Under the pieces are notes generated by a model. The model made no database searches. It had not been told where the DNA came from and worked only from the letters and a program-made list of their open reading frames with translations. A stretch of 64,000 nucleotides of DNA from Candidatus Micrarchaeota archaeon. Its GTDB lineage: Archaea > Micrarchaeota > Micrarchaeia > Anstonellales > Bilamarchaeaceae. Shown here piece after piece: positions 20,539-29,751 of this stretch. The stretch's first letter is position 1, and each line of letters starts with the position of its first letter. The position numbers were made by a program, and so were the translations under genes. The stretch covers positions 160,001 to 224,000 of the forward strand of contig JBDRCX010000006.1 in assembly GCA_043821365.1 (NCBI GenBank), read 5' to 3'.

Positions 20539-21126
20539 CTAAGGTTTGGTTGCTTTGAGTACTGATAACTTCTCAAAGAAGAAACTTTCTGTTTTCAATA
20601 CCTCAACAACATATTTGAGTTTTTTTAATTTTGAGATTGTTTTTTTCTCGTTATTTAGTGAACTTTGAACAAGAAATAAAGACCCGCCTGGCCTTAAAAA
20701 ACCATCAAATTCTCCCAAAAACATATCAAGAACTTTGCGTCCTGATCTGCCACCATCAAAAGCATGATTTACGTTGCCAGTTAGTTTTTCTTCTTTTGAC
20801 GTTGGTAAATATGGTGGATTGAATAGTATGAAATCAAACTTTTGTTTTGGGATTTTTGAAAACAAATTACTTTCGATAAATTTTACATTTTTAATCTTAT
20901 TGATTTTGGCGTTTCTAACTGCACATTCCACTGCTTCGGGATTTGTATCAACACCAAGAACTGTTTTTGCAGATTTAGAACAAACCAGACAAATTAAACC
21001 ACTACCACATCCGATTTCAAGAATATTTCCCTTTAATTTTTCAATAGAACCTGCGAGTAGAAATGAGTCTTCTGCTGGCTCATAAACTGAAGATGGAATA
21101 ACAATATCAAAACCTAAAAAGTTCAC
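20539..21126 (-). CDS. HemK2/PrmC-family SAM methyltransferase
   Basis: VYEPAEDS, LEIGCGSG, FNPPY. Confidence 0.92.
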   Translation of the reverse strand: MNFLGFDIVIPSSVYEPAEDSFLLAGSIEKLKGNILEIGCGSGLICLVCSKSAKTVLGVDTNPEAVECAVRNAKINKIKNVKFIESNLFSKIPKQKFDFILFNPPYLPTSKEEKLTGNVNHAFDGGRSGRKVLDMFLGEFDGFLRPGGSLFLVQSSLNNEKKTISKLKKLKYVVEVLKTESFFFEKLSVLKATKP

Positions 21127-21158
21127 AGAAATTAATTGGATTTTGTCATTAAAAACCT

Positions 21159-21175
21159 TACCAATTAATTTGTAG
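21159..21175. promoter_or_regulatory. Operator-like site immediately before rbkR
   Basis: TACCAATTAATTTGTAG has the same TACC-N8-NGTAG form as the two rib-operon sites. Confidence 0.65.
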
Positions 21176-21177
21176 GT

Positions 21178-21804
21178 ATGGATGAGCTAATTTTCACTTT
21201 GTTAAAACATGGAGCACATTTAAGACCAGTCAGAATTACAACAACTGATTTGGGGAAGATACTTGGGATGTCCCAACAAAATGCATCACATCGATTAAGA
21301 TCACTGCAAATGGAGGGATTGGTAGAAAAAACAAACAACGGAATAATATTAACAAAAAAAGCAAAGGATGAGATTGCAACTATTTATGCAGATTTAAAAG
21401 TAATGTTTGAAGGAAAAAAACTTGAAATACAGGGAAGAATAACAAAGGGGCTTGGTGAGGGAAAATATTACCTTTCATTAGAAGAATATCGAAAACAAAT
21501 AAAGGAAAAATTTGGGTTTTATCCATTCCCAGGAACATTAAATATTGAGATAGAAGAAAAAGATATGTGGAAAAAACAACAAGTGATAAGAGCCGAACCA
21601 ATTATTATTTCTGGTTTTAGAGATAAAAAAAGGGCATATGGAGATTTGTTCTCATATCGATGTAAAATTGGTAATGTTGATTGTATTTTGGTAGTACCAA
21701 TAAGGACGCACCATGGACCAAAAATTATGGAGATAGTAAGTAAATTAGACTTAAAGAAGATACTTAGAAAAAAAGATAATGACGATATAAAGGTGATATT
21801 CTGA
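21178..21804 (+). CDS. rbkR: CTP-dependent riboflavin kinase with N-terminal winged HTH
   Basis: HTH LGMSQQNASHRL; kinase GLGEGKYY, PFPGTLN, RTHH. Confidence 0.92.
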   Translation: MDELIFTLLKHGAHLRPVRITTTDLGKILGMSQQNASHRLRSLQMEGLVEKTNNGIILTKKAKDEIATIYADLKVMFEGKKLEIQGRITKGLGEGKYYLSLEEYRKQIKEKFGFYPFPGTLNIEIEEKDMWKKQQVIRAEPIIISGFRDKKRAYGDLFSYRCKIGNVDCILVVPIRTHHGPKIMEIVSKLDLKKILRKKDNDDIKVIF

Positions 21805-21830
21805 TCGAGATAGAGGGGATAGTAAGTAAA

Positions 21831-23135
21831 ATGAGATATAATTATGGAAAAAAAGAATATTTGATTACTGATGGAAATTCTGATTTTAATATTAGAAGTG
21901 AAGAACCACTTGTACAGGGATCGATAGTAAAGATAGTCGGCGAAATAGATCAGACAGGCAATATAACTGCAACAAATATAGTAAAAATTGATGATGGCCA
22001 GCAACAAAAAATTCTAGAGAAAATCAAAATGCAGATAAAAACTAAAATTCCAATAGCAAATGAACCATACCTTGTAACTGATGAACTGACAAAAAAAATC
22101 TGGCCGCAATTAAAATGGGTTGCTGAAGAGATTTTTTGTGCAAAAAAACTAGGAAGAGGAATTTTACTTCGTTTCCATGGAGATGCAGACGGAGTTTGCG
22201 GTGCATTTGCACTTACAGAAATAGTATATTGTAAAGCATTTCAGCAAAACTCAGCAATGTATAATGTGAAAGATGCTTTCAGAGACATATCAACAATTGG
22301 ACAGGAGAATAGACCACTAATAATTTTGTTGGATTTCGGTTCCAGTGATTCTTGTAAAGAAGCCCTTGAACTTGTCTCTGCTGCAGGAATAGAATATATT
22401 ATAATAGATCACCACCCATACCAGGCAAAGGAGAATACAAAAATAGTAAATCCTTTTAGCATTCAGGAAAATGCTTCAAAATACACCGCTGGTTATCTTG
22501 CATGTGAAATAGCAATTGCATGTGGATTGGACAAAGAAAAAGGAAAAGAACTTGCAAAAGTTGCATGTGCGGGAGATAAAAGCAACATACTTGAAAGTGA
22601 CGAAGATGATGGGAAAAAGGCGATGGTTCTTGATTTTCTCACCAATCACGTTCCTTTTGGGAATAATCTAGAATTCTATAAAAAAGTCATGCGAACTCCG
22701 GATCTTTTTTCTTCAATTACCCAACAGGCAAATGATTCCATAGAAGAAGCAGCAGGAAAAGCACTGGCCAAGGCTAAAAGAACACAGGAAAATAGCGTAG
22801 AGATTTGTGTTTTTCCTCTTGACTCAATTGTGGTGAAAGGAGAATGGCCATCATCAAGCAAAATCACAACCAGAGTATATGATAAAATCAGAGATAGTGT
22901 GCCGCTTATGTGTATTGGACATACTGAATATTCAGTGATAATGAGGATAAACGACGAGGGAATTGCAAAGGGCCTTAATGCAAACAATTTGGCAGAAGAA
23001 GTAAAGAAAACAATGGGGGACTTTGTAAAAGGTGGTGGAGGTCATGCAAAGGCAGGGGCCATATCAGTAAGACCAGGATTTACTAGGGAAGTGTTAGGAG
23101 AACTTCTGAGGCAAATATCAACAAAACTGGCCTAG
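21831..23135 (+). CDS. RecJ-like DHH phosphoesterase with N-terminal OB fold
   Basis: HGDADG, LDFG, IDHH, GGGGH motifs. Confidence 0.85.
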   Translation: MRYNYGKKEYLITDGNSDFNIRSEEPLVQGSIVKIVGEIDQTGNITATNIVKIDDGQQQKILEKIKMQIKTKIPIANEPYLVTDELTKKIWPQLKWVAEEIFCAKKLGRGILLRFHGDADGVCGAFALTEIVYCKAFQQNSAMYNVKDAFRDISTIGQENRPLIILLDFGSSDSCKEALELVSAAGIEYIIIDHHPYQAKENTKIVNPFSIQENASKYTAGYLACEIAIACGLDKEKGKELAKVACAGDKSNILESDEDDGKKAMVLDFLTNHVPFGNNLEFYKKVMRTPDLFSSITQQANDSIEEAAGKALAKAKRTQENSVEICVFPLDSIVVKGEWPSSSKITTRVYDKIRDSVPLMCIGHTEYSVIMRINDEGIAKGLNANNLAEEVKKTMGDFVKGGGGHAKAGAISVRPGFTREVLGELLRQISTKLA

Positions 23136-23215
23136 GAAAAGTTTAATAGATTAAGGATGGATAGTAAGGATACTACTTACTAGAGACGATATTTTTACTA
23201 ACTTAAGGTGGCATT

Positions 23216-24217
23216 ATGAAAGTTGCTATAAGTGGATTTGGCAGAATAGGAAAATCTTTTTTGAAAGCTGCAATAAAGCAGGGAGCTCTTGGAAAAACAT
23301 TCGACATAGTTGCAATAAACACAAAAAGCGCAGTTGAACAGCATGTTCATCTATTCAAATATGATTCAGTTTATGGTAGATTTGATGGCGAAGTAAAAGC
23401 AGATGATGGTAACTTTGTAGTTAATGGTTACAAAATAAAATGGATAAATGAAACTGATCCACTAAAATTACCATGGAGAGAGATGGAAGTTGATCTTGTT
23501 CTTGAGAGCACCGGAACGTTTAGAGGAAGAGACGATAGCGAAAAACACATTAAAGCAGGTGCAAAAAGAGTTTTGATATCTGCACCAGGAGAGGGAGTTG
23601 ATGGAACAATTGTTCCTGGTGTTAATGACCATTTATTGAACAAAGAAATGACCGTATTATCTTTAGCGTCCTGTACCACAAACTGCCTTGCACCAGTATT
23701 GAAAGTAATTGAAGAAAAATTCGGGATTGAAAGTGGATTTCTTAGTACCATTCATGCTTACACCAACGATCAGAACATACTTGATGCAAGCCACAAAGAC
23801 CTGAGAAGGGCAAGGGCAGGTGCAGTCAGCATTATACCAACAAGCACTGGCGCAGCAAAGGCAATTGGAGAGGTTCTACCGCAATTGAATGGAAAGATGG
23901 ATGGTGTTGCTTTCAGAGTTCCTGTGCCTGATGGATCAATGAATGACATGACACTTCTATTGAAGAAAGAGACCAACAAAGACGAAGTTAATGAAGAATT
24001 GAAGCGAGCATCAAATGAAGAACTAAAGGGGATTCTAGGCTACACTGATGAACCACTTGTGTCTATTGACATTGTTGGAACTACACAATCAGCAATTATT
24101 GATTCTAAATTAACAAAAGTAAAAGGAAAATTAGCTAAGATATCTGCGTGGTATGATAATGAGTTTGGATACTCTAATAGGCTTGTTGATTTTGTTAAAA
24201 AAATAGGGCAGCTCTAA
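23216..24217 (+). CDS. gap: Class I (bacterial-type) glyceraldehyde-3-phosphate dehydrogenase
   Basis: GFGRIG, ASCTTNCLAP, IIPTSTGAAKA, WYDNEFGYS. Confidence 0.95.
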   Translation: MKVAISGFGRIGKSFLKAAIKQGALGKTFDIVAINTKSAVEQHVHLFKYDSVYGRFDGEVKADDGNFVVNGYKIKWINETDPLKLPWREMEVDLVLESTGTFRGRDDSEKHIKAGAKRVLISAPGEGVDGTIVPGVNDHLLNKEMTVLSLASCTTNCLAPVLKVIEEKFGIESGFLSTIHAYTNDQNILDASHKDLRRARAGAVSIIPTSTGAAKAIGEVLPQLNGKMDGVAFRVPVPDGSMNDMTLLLKKETNKDEVNEELKRASNEELKGILGYTDEPLVSIDIVGTTQSAIIDSKLTKVKGKLAKISAWYDNEFGYSNRLVDFVKKIGQL

Positions 24218-24280
24218 CTAGTAATTTGCTTACAGTAGAATTACAGAGGCTTTTTAAATTTCACTTTGTATAGATTTTCG

Positions 24281-24535
24281 ATGGCAATAGGAGCAGAAGT
24301 AGTCGCAGCTGGAATCGCAGCATTTCTTACAACAATAGCACCAATAATTTCAATAATACTTCTAGTTCTAGGTGGAATTACCTATGGTATAGCGCAAACC
24401 CAACCAGCAGAAGTTAGAGGAAAATGGCAAACAGCTGCAATAAGTATGTTTGTGGGTGGAGTTATTGTAGCACTGGTAGCTGGTGCTGCAAGTGTAATAC
24501 AAACAACTTCTTCAGGATTGTTGAAACCAGCATAA
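24281..24535 (+). CDS. TrbC/VirB2-like pilin
   Basis: About 84 aa, two hydrophobic helices separated by a short basic loop (QPAEVRGKW); start moved to ATG 24281. Confidence 0.6.
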   Translation: MAIGAEVVAAGIAAFLTTIAPIISIILLVLGGITYGIAQTQPAEVRGKWQTAAISMFVGGVIVALVAGAASVIQTTSSGLLKPA

Positions 24536-24566
24536 AATTATTAACTTATTTTACTTAAGAAAATAC

Positions 24567-25739
24567 ATGAAATTAGTTTATTTATTTTTGGTGGTCTGTC
24601 TAGCATCTAGTTTTGCATATATACAAGTATCAACAATCAACGGAGAACAAATACAATACACAGAATTAACTAAGAACCAAGAGAACTCATTTGATGATTC
24701 CATAGACAATTATAATCAAAATGTCAAAACAATGCCACCCCTAATAACTGATTTTCTAGGAGATGAAACAGTACGTACTCACGTAAAGTTATCTGATGGA
24801 AGCACTGCCATAGCTGGTTCAAATTGTAAAGCCGGGCAGATAGAATCAAGCGAATTAATAGGAAATGTTGACAGCGAAAATGAGATGTTGATAAGCAAGA
24901 ATGAGCTTCTCATCAATAACCAGAAAAAAGAATACACAGTTGCACTTTACATAGATGAGGATACCATAGAAAGAATAGCAAATTCAAAAAACCCACAAAA
25001 AGAATTCGTAAATGCATGGGGAACAGAAATACGATATGAAGGGTTAAACATTTTCAGCGGTACAAAAACATTCTTCATAGGAATCACATTATTTTTCTAC
25101 TCATTTTTCATACCAGAAATAGAAAGTTGCTCAATTACTGATGTAGTGACAGCATACACGTGTAAAATGGGATCAGCCAATCTGAGTGCACATTATGAAT
25201 TAACTAGTGAAGACTTCTCTGAACTCGGTGAGGAACTAGATGAAAAGGGCCCGAATGGATATGCTGCCATAACACGTGCCGAATATGAGTACACCTATTG
25301 TCCAGATGTATCAACCACAGTAGATCAAGAAGAGTGTAACTGTACTTGCAATGCTACCATAGGAACCCTAAATGTTTCTGTTGTTATTACCCAAGATCTT
25401 CCAACCTGGACTGGTGATGGGTATGCAAATGCAACTGCAAACCAAAAAGCAGAATGGGATAGATTCATGGAAAAATTAAGGTTACATGAAGATGGTCATA
25501 GTAGTCTATACACTGCCGGTAAAAGTAAGATAGAAAATAGCATTGATTCTCCCTCAAAAACAGCAACCGCCGCAACATGCCAGAAAGCATGCGAAGATGC
25601 AGTTGGAGAATTAGACCAAGCAATCTATGAGGGTTTTGAAGCAGGAATAACTGAAGTTGATAATGATAATAAAGAATATGATGACAATACAACACATGGT
25701 GCAACCCAAGGAGCAGTACTTGATTATGGGGTAAGATAA
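24567..25739 (+). CDS. Secreted protein with a C-terminal DUF922-like putative Zn-peptidase domain
   Basis: Signal peptide; WDRFMEKLRLHEDGH and YDDNTTHGATQG. Confidence 0.65.
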   Translation: MKLVYLFLVVCLASSFAYIQVSTINGEQIQYTELTKNQENSFDDSIDNYNQNVKTMPPLITDFLGDETVRTHVKLSDGSTAIAGSNCKAGQIESSELIGNVDSENEMLISKNELLINNQKKEYTVALYIDEDTIERIANSKNPQKEFVNAWGTEIRYEGLNIFSGTKTFFIGITLFFYSFFIPEIESCSITDVVTAYTCKMGSANLSAHYELTSEDFSELGEELDEKGPNGYAAITRAEYEYTYCPDVSTTVDQEECNCTCNATIGTLNVSVVITQDLPTWTGDGYANATANQKAEWDRFMEKLRLHEDGHSSLYTAGKSKIENSIDSPSKTATAATCQKACEDAVGELDQAIYEGFEAGITEVDNDNKEYDDNTTHGATQGAVLDYGVR

Positions 25740-25769
25740 TTATTTAAACAAATAAAGCTAACGAACTAC

Positions 25770-26855
25770 ATGCATAAAAAAATCATAGTACCATTGATTC
25801 TTCTTTTAGTTATTTTTATGGCTGGGTGTAGTGAGAGTAAACCAAAAACAGTTTGTGGCGACGGTGTCTGCGAAAATAGTGAGATTGGAAAATGTACACA
25901 AGACTGTGAAGAAATTAACATAGAAAAAAACTTGACCCCATTTACTTCACCATTATACTTCACCGTAGTGATACACACAGAAGAAGATACAGGACATTGC
26001 ACTTCACCAAAACCACAAATACCAGACTATGACGGAGATGAGGAGGTATTATTGCATTTCACAATGGTTATGAGAGAGTTTGCTAGGATGGTTGCTTCGC
26101 ACAACGCCACTATTAATTTTGGTACAGATTGGACATTTGCAAAAGGAGTTGAACTTTATGATCCTAGTTTTTTCACAGATTTGCAAACAATGGGACATGA
26201 AATTGATGCCCATGGACATCAATCATGCATATTGTACCATGAATTAAGGCAATACATACTAGCTACAAACACCAGTCCAACAACTGTTGCATCAGGTTTA
26301 GAAGAGAACAACGTTTATACTCAAATGAGTTATTTTGATAATTATTATCCTGAATTTCAGATATTTTGGGGTGTTGCCATTGCCGGACATGAACAAGGAG
26401 AAGAGACTTCTGGTTGGGTATGGAGACCATCAAGAGATAATTGGCTAGAAAATGATCCAGATGGAAAATACATATACATAGGACATGGAAACCAGATAAA
26501 CAATATTACTTACATCCAAACGGCAATTGACAATAGAGTACCTAATTATATTAACACATATGCAGTTTTTACAAATCCTAGAGAATTTAAAGCATCAAAA
26601 GAAACTTCAGGAATTCCTGATGAATGGACTGCCAAACCAGAAGATCCTGATTATTGGGAGAATAGACTACTTTGGTGGGATGAGTTCCTGACTGAAATAG
26701 ATAAAATGAAAGGGGTGGAGTATGCTTCGTTAACTGAGATAGCAGATATATTTATTCAAAATGAAGACAATTTAGATTTTAATTTCAGCACATCAGACCA
26801 TCCACGATCAGACATTCCAATGCCTCAAAAACAAAAACAAGCTGGATATCCATAA
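25770..26855 (+). CDS. Lipoprotein-like protein with a polysaccharide deacetylase-like domain
   Basis: MAGC lipobox-like end of signal, IHTEED, GHEIDAHGH. Confidence 0.6.
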   Translation: MHKKIIVPLILLLVIFMAGCSESKPKTVCGDGVCENSEIGKCTQDCEEINIEKNLTPFTSPLYFTVVIHTEEDTGHCTSPKPQIPDYDGDEEVLLHFTMVMREFARMVASHNATINFGTDWTFAKGVELYDPSFFTDLQTMGHEIDAHGHQSCILYHELRQYILATNTSPTTVASGLEENNVYTQMSYFDNYYPEFQIFWGVAIAGHEQGEETSGWVWRPSRDNWLENDPDGKYIYIGHGNQINNITYIQTAIDNRVPNYINTYAVFTNPREFKASKETSGIPDEWTAKPEDPDYWENRLLWWDEFLTEIDKMKGVEYASLTEIADIFIQNEDNLDFNFSTSDHPRSDIPMPQKQKQAGYP

Positions 26856-26915
26856 ATTTTAGTTTTTTGAAATATGCTAGTTTTTAGTCCCACCTTTCTC
26901 CTAAATAGCAATTCG

Positions 26916-26946
26916 GTTTTTGGGTACCTTTTTACCAAAAAGGTAC
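26916..26946 (+). repeat. REP-like hairpin element, copy 1
   Basis: GTTTTTGG-GTACC-TTTTT-ACC-AAAAA-GGTAC. Confidence 0.75.
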
Positions 26947-26999
26947 TGCGGAAATGACCTCCCAAAATCTATTTAAATAAAAAAATAGTTAATCTCATT

Positions 27000-27030
27000 A
27001 GTATATACATATAATATAAGTATATACTTA
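27000..27030. promoter_or_regulatory. Tandem GTATATAC palindromes upstream of the radA operon
   Basis: GTATATAC at 27001 and 27020; TAAGTATATACTTA (27017-27030) is a perfect palindrome. Confidence 0.45.
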
Positions 27031-27042
27031 TGGGGGATAACC

Positions 27043-27303
27043 ATGAAAACAACAGAAGAAAAATTAGATGATGAAGGTTTTGAAGAAGTAGAATCAAAAG
27101 GGCAGGATAATGGTGAGCAACGAAGCACTGGCAACAGACCAGATTTTAGAATAGTACAAACTGATAGAGATAGGGAAGGGAATGTTATTTACAGTAATAT
27201 AGGTGGAATGTGGAAAAATATTTCAAAGAATGGAAAAACATTCTACACATTAAGAATTGGTCAATTAAAACTACTTGTTTTCCCAAATGACAAGAAATCC
27301 TAA
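27043..27303 (+). CDS. DUF736-like small protein, possible ssDNA binding
   Basis: IGGMWKNISKNGKTFYTLRI resembles DUF736; acidic N-terminus. Confidence 0.6.
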   Translation: MKTTEEKLDDEGFEEVESKGQDNGEQRSTGNRPDFRIVQTDRDREGNVIYSNIGGMWKNISKNGKTFYTLRIGQLKLLVFPNDKKS

Positions 27304-27367
27304 GGAATTTCTTGACTATCTTGAACGCTCTGCGTTCAAGCACATGAAAGAAAATAGAGGCGACATT

Positions 27368-28327
27368 ATGACAGACGATAAAAAGAAAAAATATTATAAG
27401 GATTTGGAAGATTTACCAGGAATTGGAGAAGTAACAGCTGAAAAATTAAGAGCAGCTGGATATGGAGAATTCTCACCAATTGCAACAGCAAATCCACACG
27501 AACTTGCGGAAGCAGGTGGAATGGGAGTAGAATCTGCAAAAAAAGCAATAGAAGCTGCAAAGTCCATGGTGGAAATTGGATTTGAAACTGCAGAATCAGT
27601 ACTTGAACGAAGAAAAGATATTGGCAAAATAAAAACAGGTTCAGAAAATCTTGATGATTTACTTGGTGGCGGAGTAGAAACCATGTCTATAACTGAAATG
27701 TATGGAAAATTTTCAAGTGGAAAAAGCCAGCTTGGTTTTCAACTTATTGTAAATGTACAAAAACCACTAGATCAGGGTGGTCTTGGGGGTGGGGCATTAT
27801 TTGTTGATTCTGAAGCTACTTTTAGACCAGAAAGGATTGCTCAGCTCGCTGAAGCGCAAGAAATGGATCCACAAACAGTATTGAAGAACATACATATTGC
27901 ACGAGCAGAAAACAGTGACCATCAAATAATTTTATTAGAAAGAGCAGAGGAAAAAATAGAACAAGAAAACATAAAACTTATTGTTGTTGATTCCCTTACC
28001 TCTCATTTTAGAGCAGATTATCTTGGGAGGGGTGCCTTAGGTGAACGACAACAAAAACTAAACAAACATGTACACACATTACAAAAACTATCTGAAAAAT
28101 ACAATCTTGCAGTTTACGTTACAAATCAGGTCATGGATAATCCAGGTATTCTTTTTGGTGACCCAACAACACCAATTGGAGGCCATGTGCTTGCACACAT
28201 GTCAACATATCGACTGTATGTTAGAAAGAGTAAAGATGATAAGAGAATAGCAAGACTAGTTGATTCACCAAATTTACCAGAAGGAGAAGCAGTATTTAAG
28301 GTGACGTCAAAGGGACTTACTGACTAA
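27368..28327 (+). CDS. radA: DNA repair and recombination protein RadA
   Basis: HhH LPGIG, Walker A GKFSSGKS, VVDSLTSHFRA, GRGALGERQ; start moved to ATG 27368. Confidence 0.96.
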   Translation: MTDDKKKKYYKDLEDLPGIGEVTAEKLRAAGYGEFSPIATANPHELAEAGGMGVESAKKAIEAAKSMVEIGFETAESVLERRKDIGKIKTGSENLDDLLGGGVETMSITEMYGKFSSGKSQLGFQLIVNVQKPLDQGGLGGGALFVDSEATFRPERIAQLAEAQEMDPQTVLKNIHIARAENSDHQIILLERAEEKIEQENIKLIVVDSLTSHFRADYLGRGALGERQQKLNKHVHTLQKLSEKYNLAVYVTNQVMDNPGILFGDPTTPIGGHVLAHMSTYRLYVRKSKDDKRIARLVDSPNLPEGEAVFKVTSKGLTD

Positions 28328-28339
28328 TTTTTTCTATTT

Positions 28340-29062
28340 TTATTTTGGAAAAAATTCTGCAACTTTTTGAAGCCACAATTGCTTAGCTGCTTCACCAGTA
28401 ACATCTGATCGAACAAACCACACATAGCTCACGTCTGGTTCTTTGGAACGGTATTTTGTACCTACTCCGCCTTTACCATCACAAACAGTTTCTAATTTGT
28501 CAAGGTTGTCTGGACCAAGTGTCATGACAACACGATTCTTGCAAACTATCTCTGCTCTAGTAAGAACAGCAGATCTAACTGTGAACCCTTTTACTTGAAC
28601 TTCAGCAGCAAAAAATCTTTCTTTTTTATTCCCAATACCTTCCCACAAAAGAGAAGGCTCTTTAGGTGCAGTTTTACCTGCAAATTTCGGAGGCTCTGCC
28701 CACCATGGTGAAAATTCACGAGAGGTAAAAACAAATATGTGATAGGTTCCACCTTCAGAACAATCAACCTTTAGAACAGGATGTTGTGTGAAATCAAATG
28801 GACCATTGTTATTTCCAAATGAACAGCTACTAACACAAACTGAATCATGAGATACTTCTGCTTTGTCTATATCGCAAGAATAGGAACTGCCGGCAACTGA
28901 AGTAGCACCTGGAATTATGGGTTGTATAACTGGTTTTGGATCACCACAACCAGCTAGCACAACAAGTGCACCAGCACCTAAGGCAACCTTAGTAAAAGTT
29001 GAGGACCGCTTTGCTTCGGCACCAGTTGGCCTGGTCTGAATATTAGATCTGTGAAGTCTCAT
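28340..29062 (-). CDS. Hypothetical lipoprotein-like protein
   Basis: Basic N-region, hydrophobic stretch ending LAGC; start moved to ATG 29062. Confidence 0.6.
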   Translation of the reverse strand: MRLHRSNIQTRPTGAEAKRSSTFTKVALGAGALVVLAGCGDPKPVIQPIIPGATSVAGSSYSCDIDKAEVSHDSVCVSSCSFGNNNGPFDFTQHPVLKVDCSEGGTYHIFVFTSREFSPWWAEPPKFAGKTAPKEPSLLWEGIGNKKERFFAAEVQVKGFTVRSAVLTRAEIVCKNRVVMTLGPDNLDKLETVCDGKGGVGTKYRSKEPDVSYVWFVRSDVTGEAAKQLWLQKVAEFFPK

Positions 29063-29157
29063 AACAATAATATCACAAGAAAGGTTTAAAAAGTTACATT
29101 TCTTTACATTTATTACAATATTATACAATTATAAAAGTGAGATACAAGTAGAAAGAC

Positions 29158-29751
29158 ATGGATTTGCAAAAGCTAGAGATATCAAGTGGGGTATTGATTG
29201 CAGCTAACCTACTCACAATAATTTTAGCCATTGTTTTACAATATGATTTTGGAGTGATTGTTTGGGCATACCTTATAGAGAGTATAATCATTGGGATATT
29301 TATAATTCCGAAAATGATTTTAACCGGAATTAGATCGCAAGAAGCTGGCACAATTATAACATCTTTATTCCTTAGTGGATTTTTTTGCATCCATTATGGG
29401 GGATTTCATGCTGCATACCTATTTTTCCTGACCATAATACCAATATTTGATATTGGAAATTTTGATGAATTGATTTTGATGAGTGGAATTTTATTTACCA
29501 GTCATCTTTTTTCTTTTATTCATAACATAAACAAAGAAAATAACTTGAATTCGCACTTCTTTTCTCCATATATAAGAATTATACCAATGCATATCACAAT
29601 AATATTATCTGGTTTTATAATAACGATTTTCCCAAATTTGGAAGCAATGCAGAAAACTGCCATAGTGGCTATTTTTATGCTGTTGAAAACAGTTGCTGAC
29701 CTGGATACCCATCAGAAAAAACACAATATCAATGATTCCTTAACCAATTGA
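29158..29751 (+). CDS. DUF6498-like membrane protein
   Basis: AANL, YLIESIIIG, FFCIHYGGF, PYIRIIPMH. Confidence 0.65.
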   Translation: MDLQKLEISSGVLIAANLLTIILAIVLQYDFGVIVWAYLIESIIIGIFIIPKMILTGIRSQEAGTIITSLFLSGFFCIHYGGFHAAYLFFLTIIPIFDIGNFDELILMSGILFTSHLFSFIHNINKENNLNSHFFSPYIRIIPMHITIILSGFIITIFPNLEAMQKTAIVAIFMLLKTVADLDTHQKKHNINDSLTN

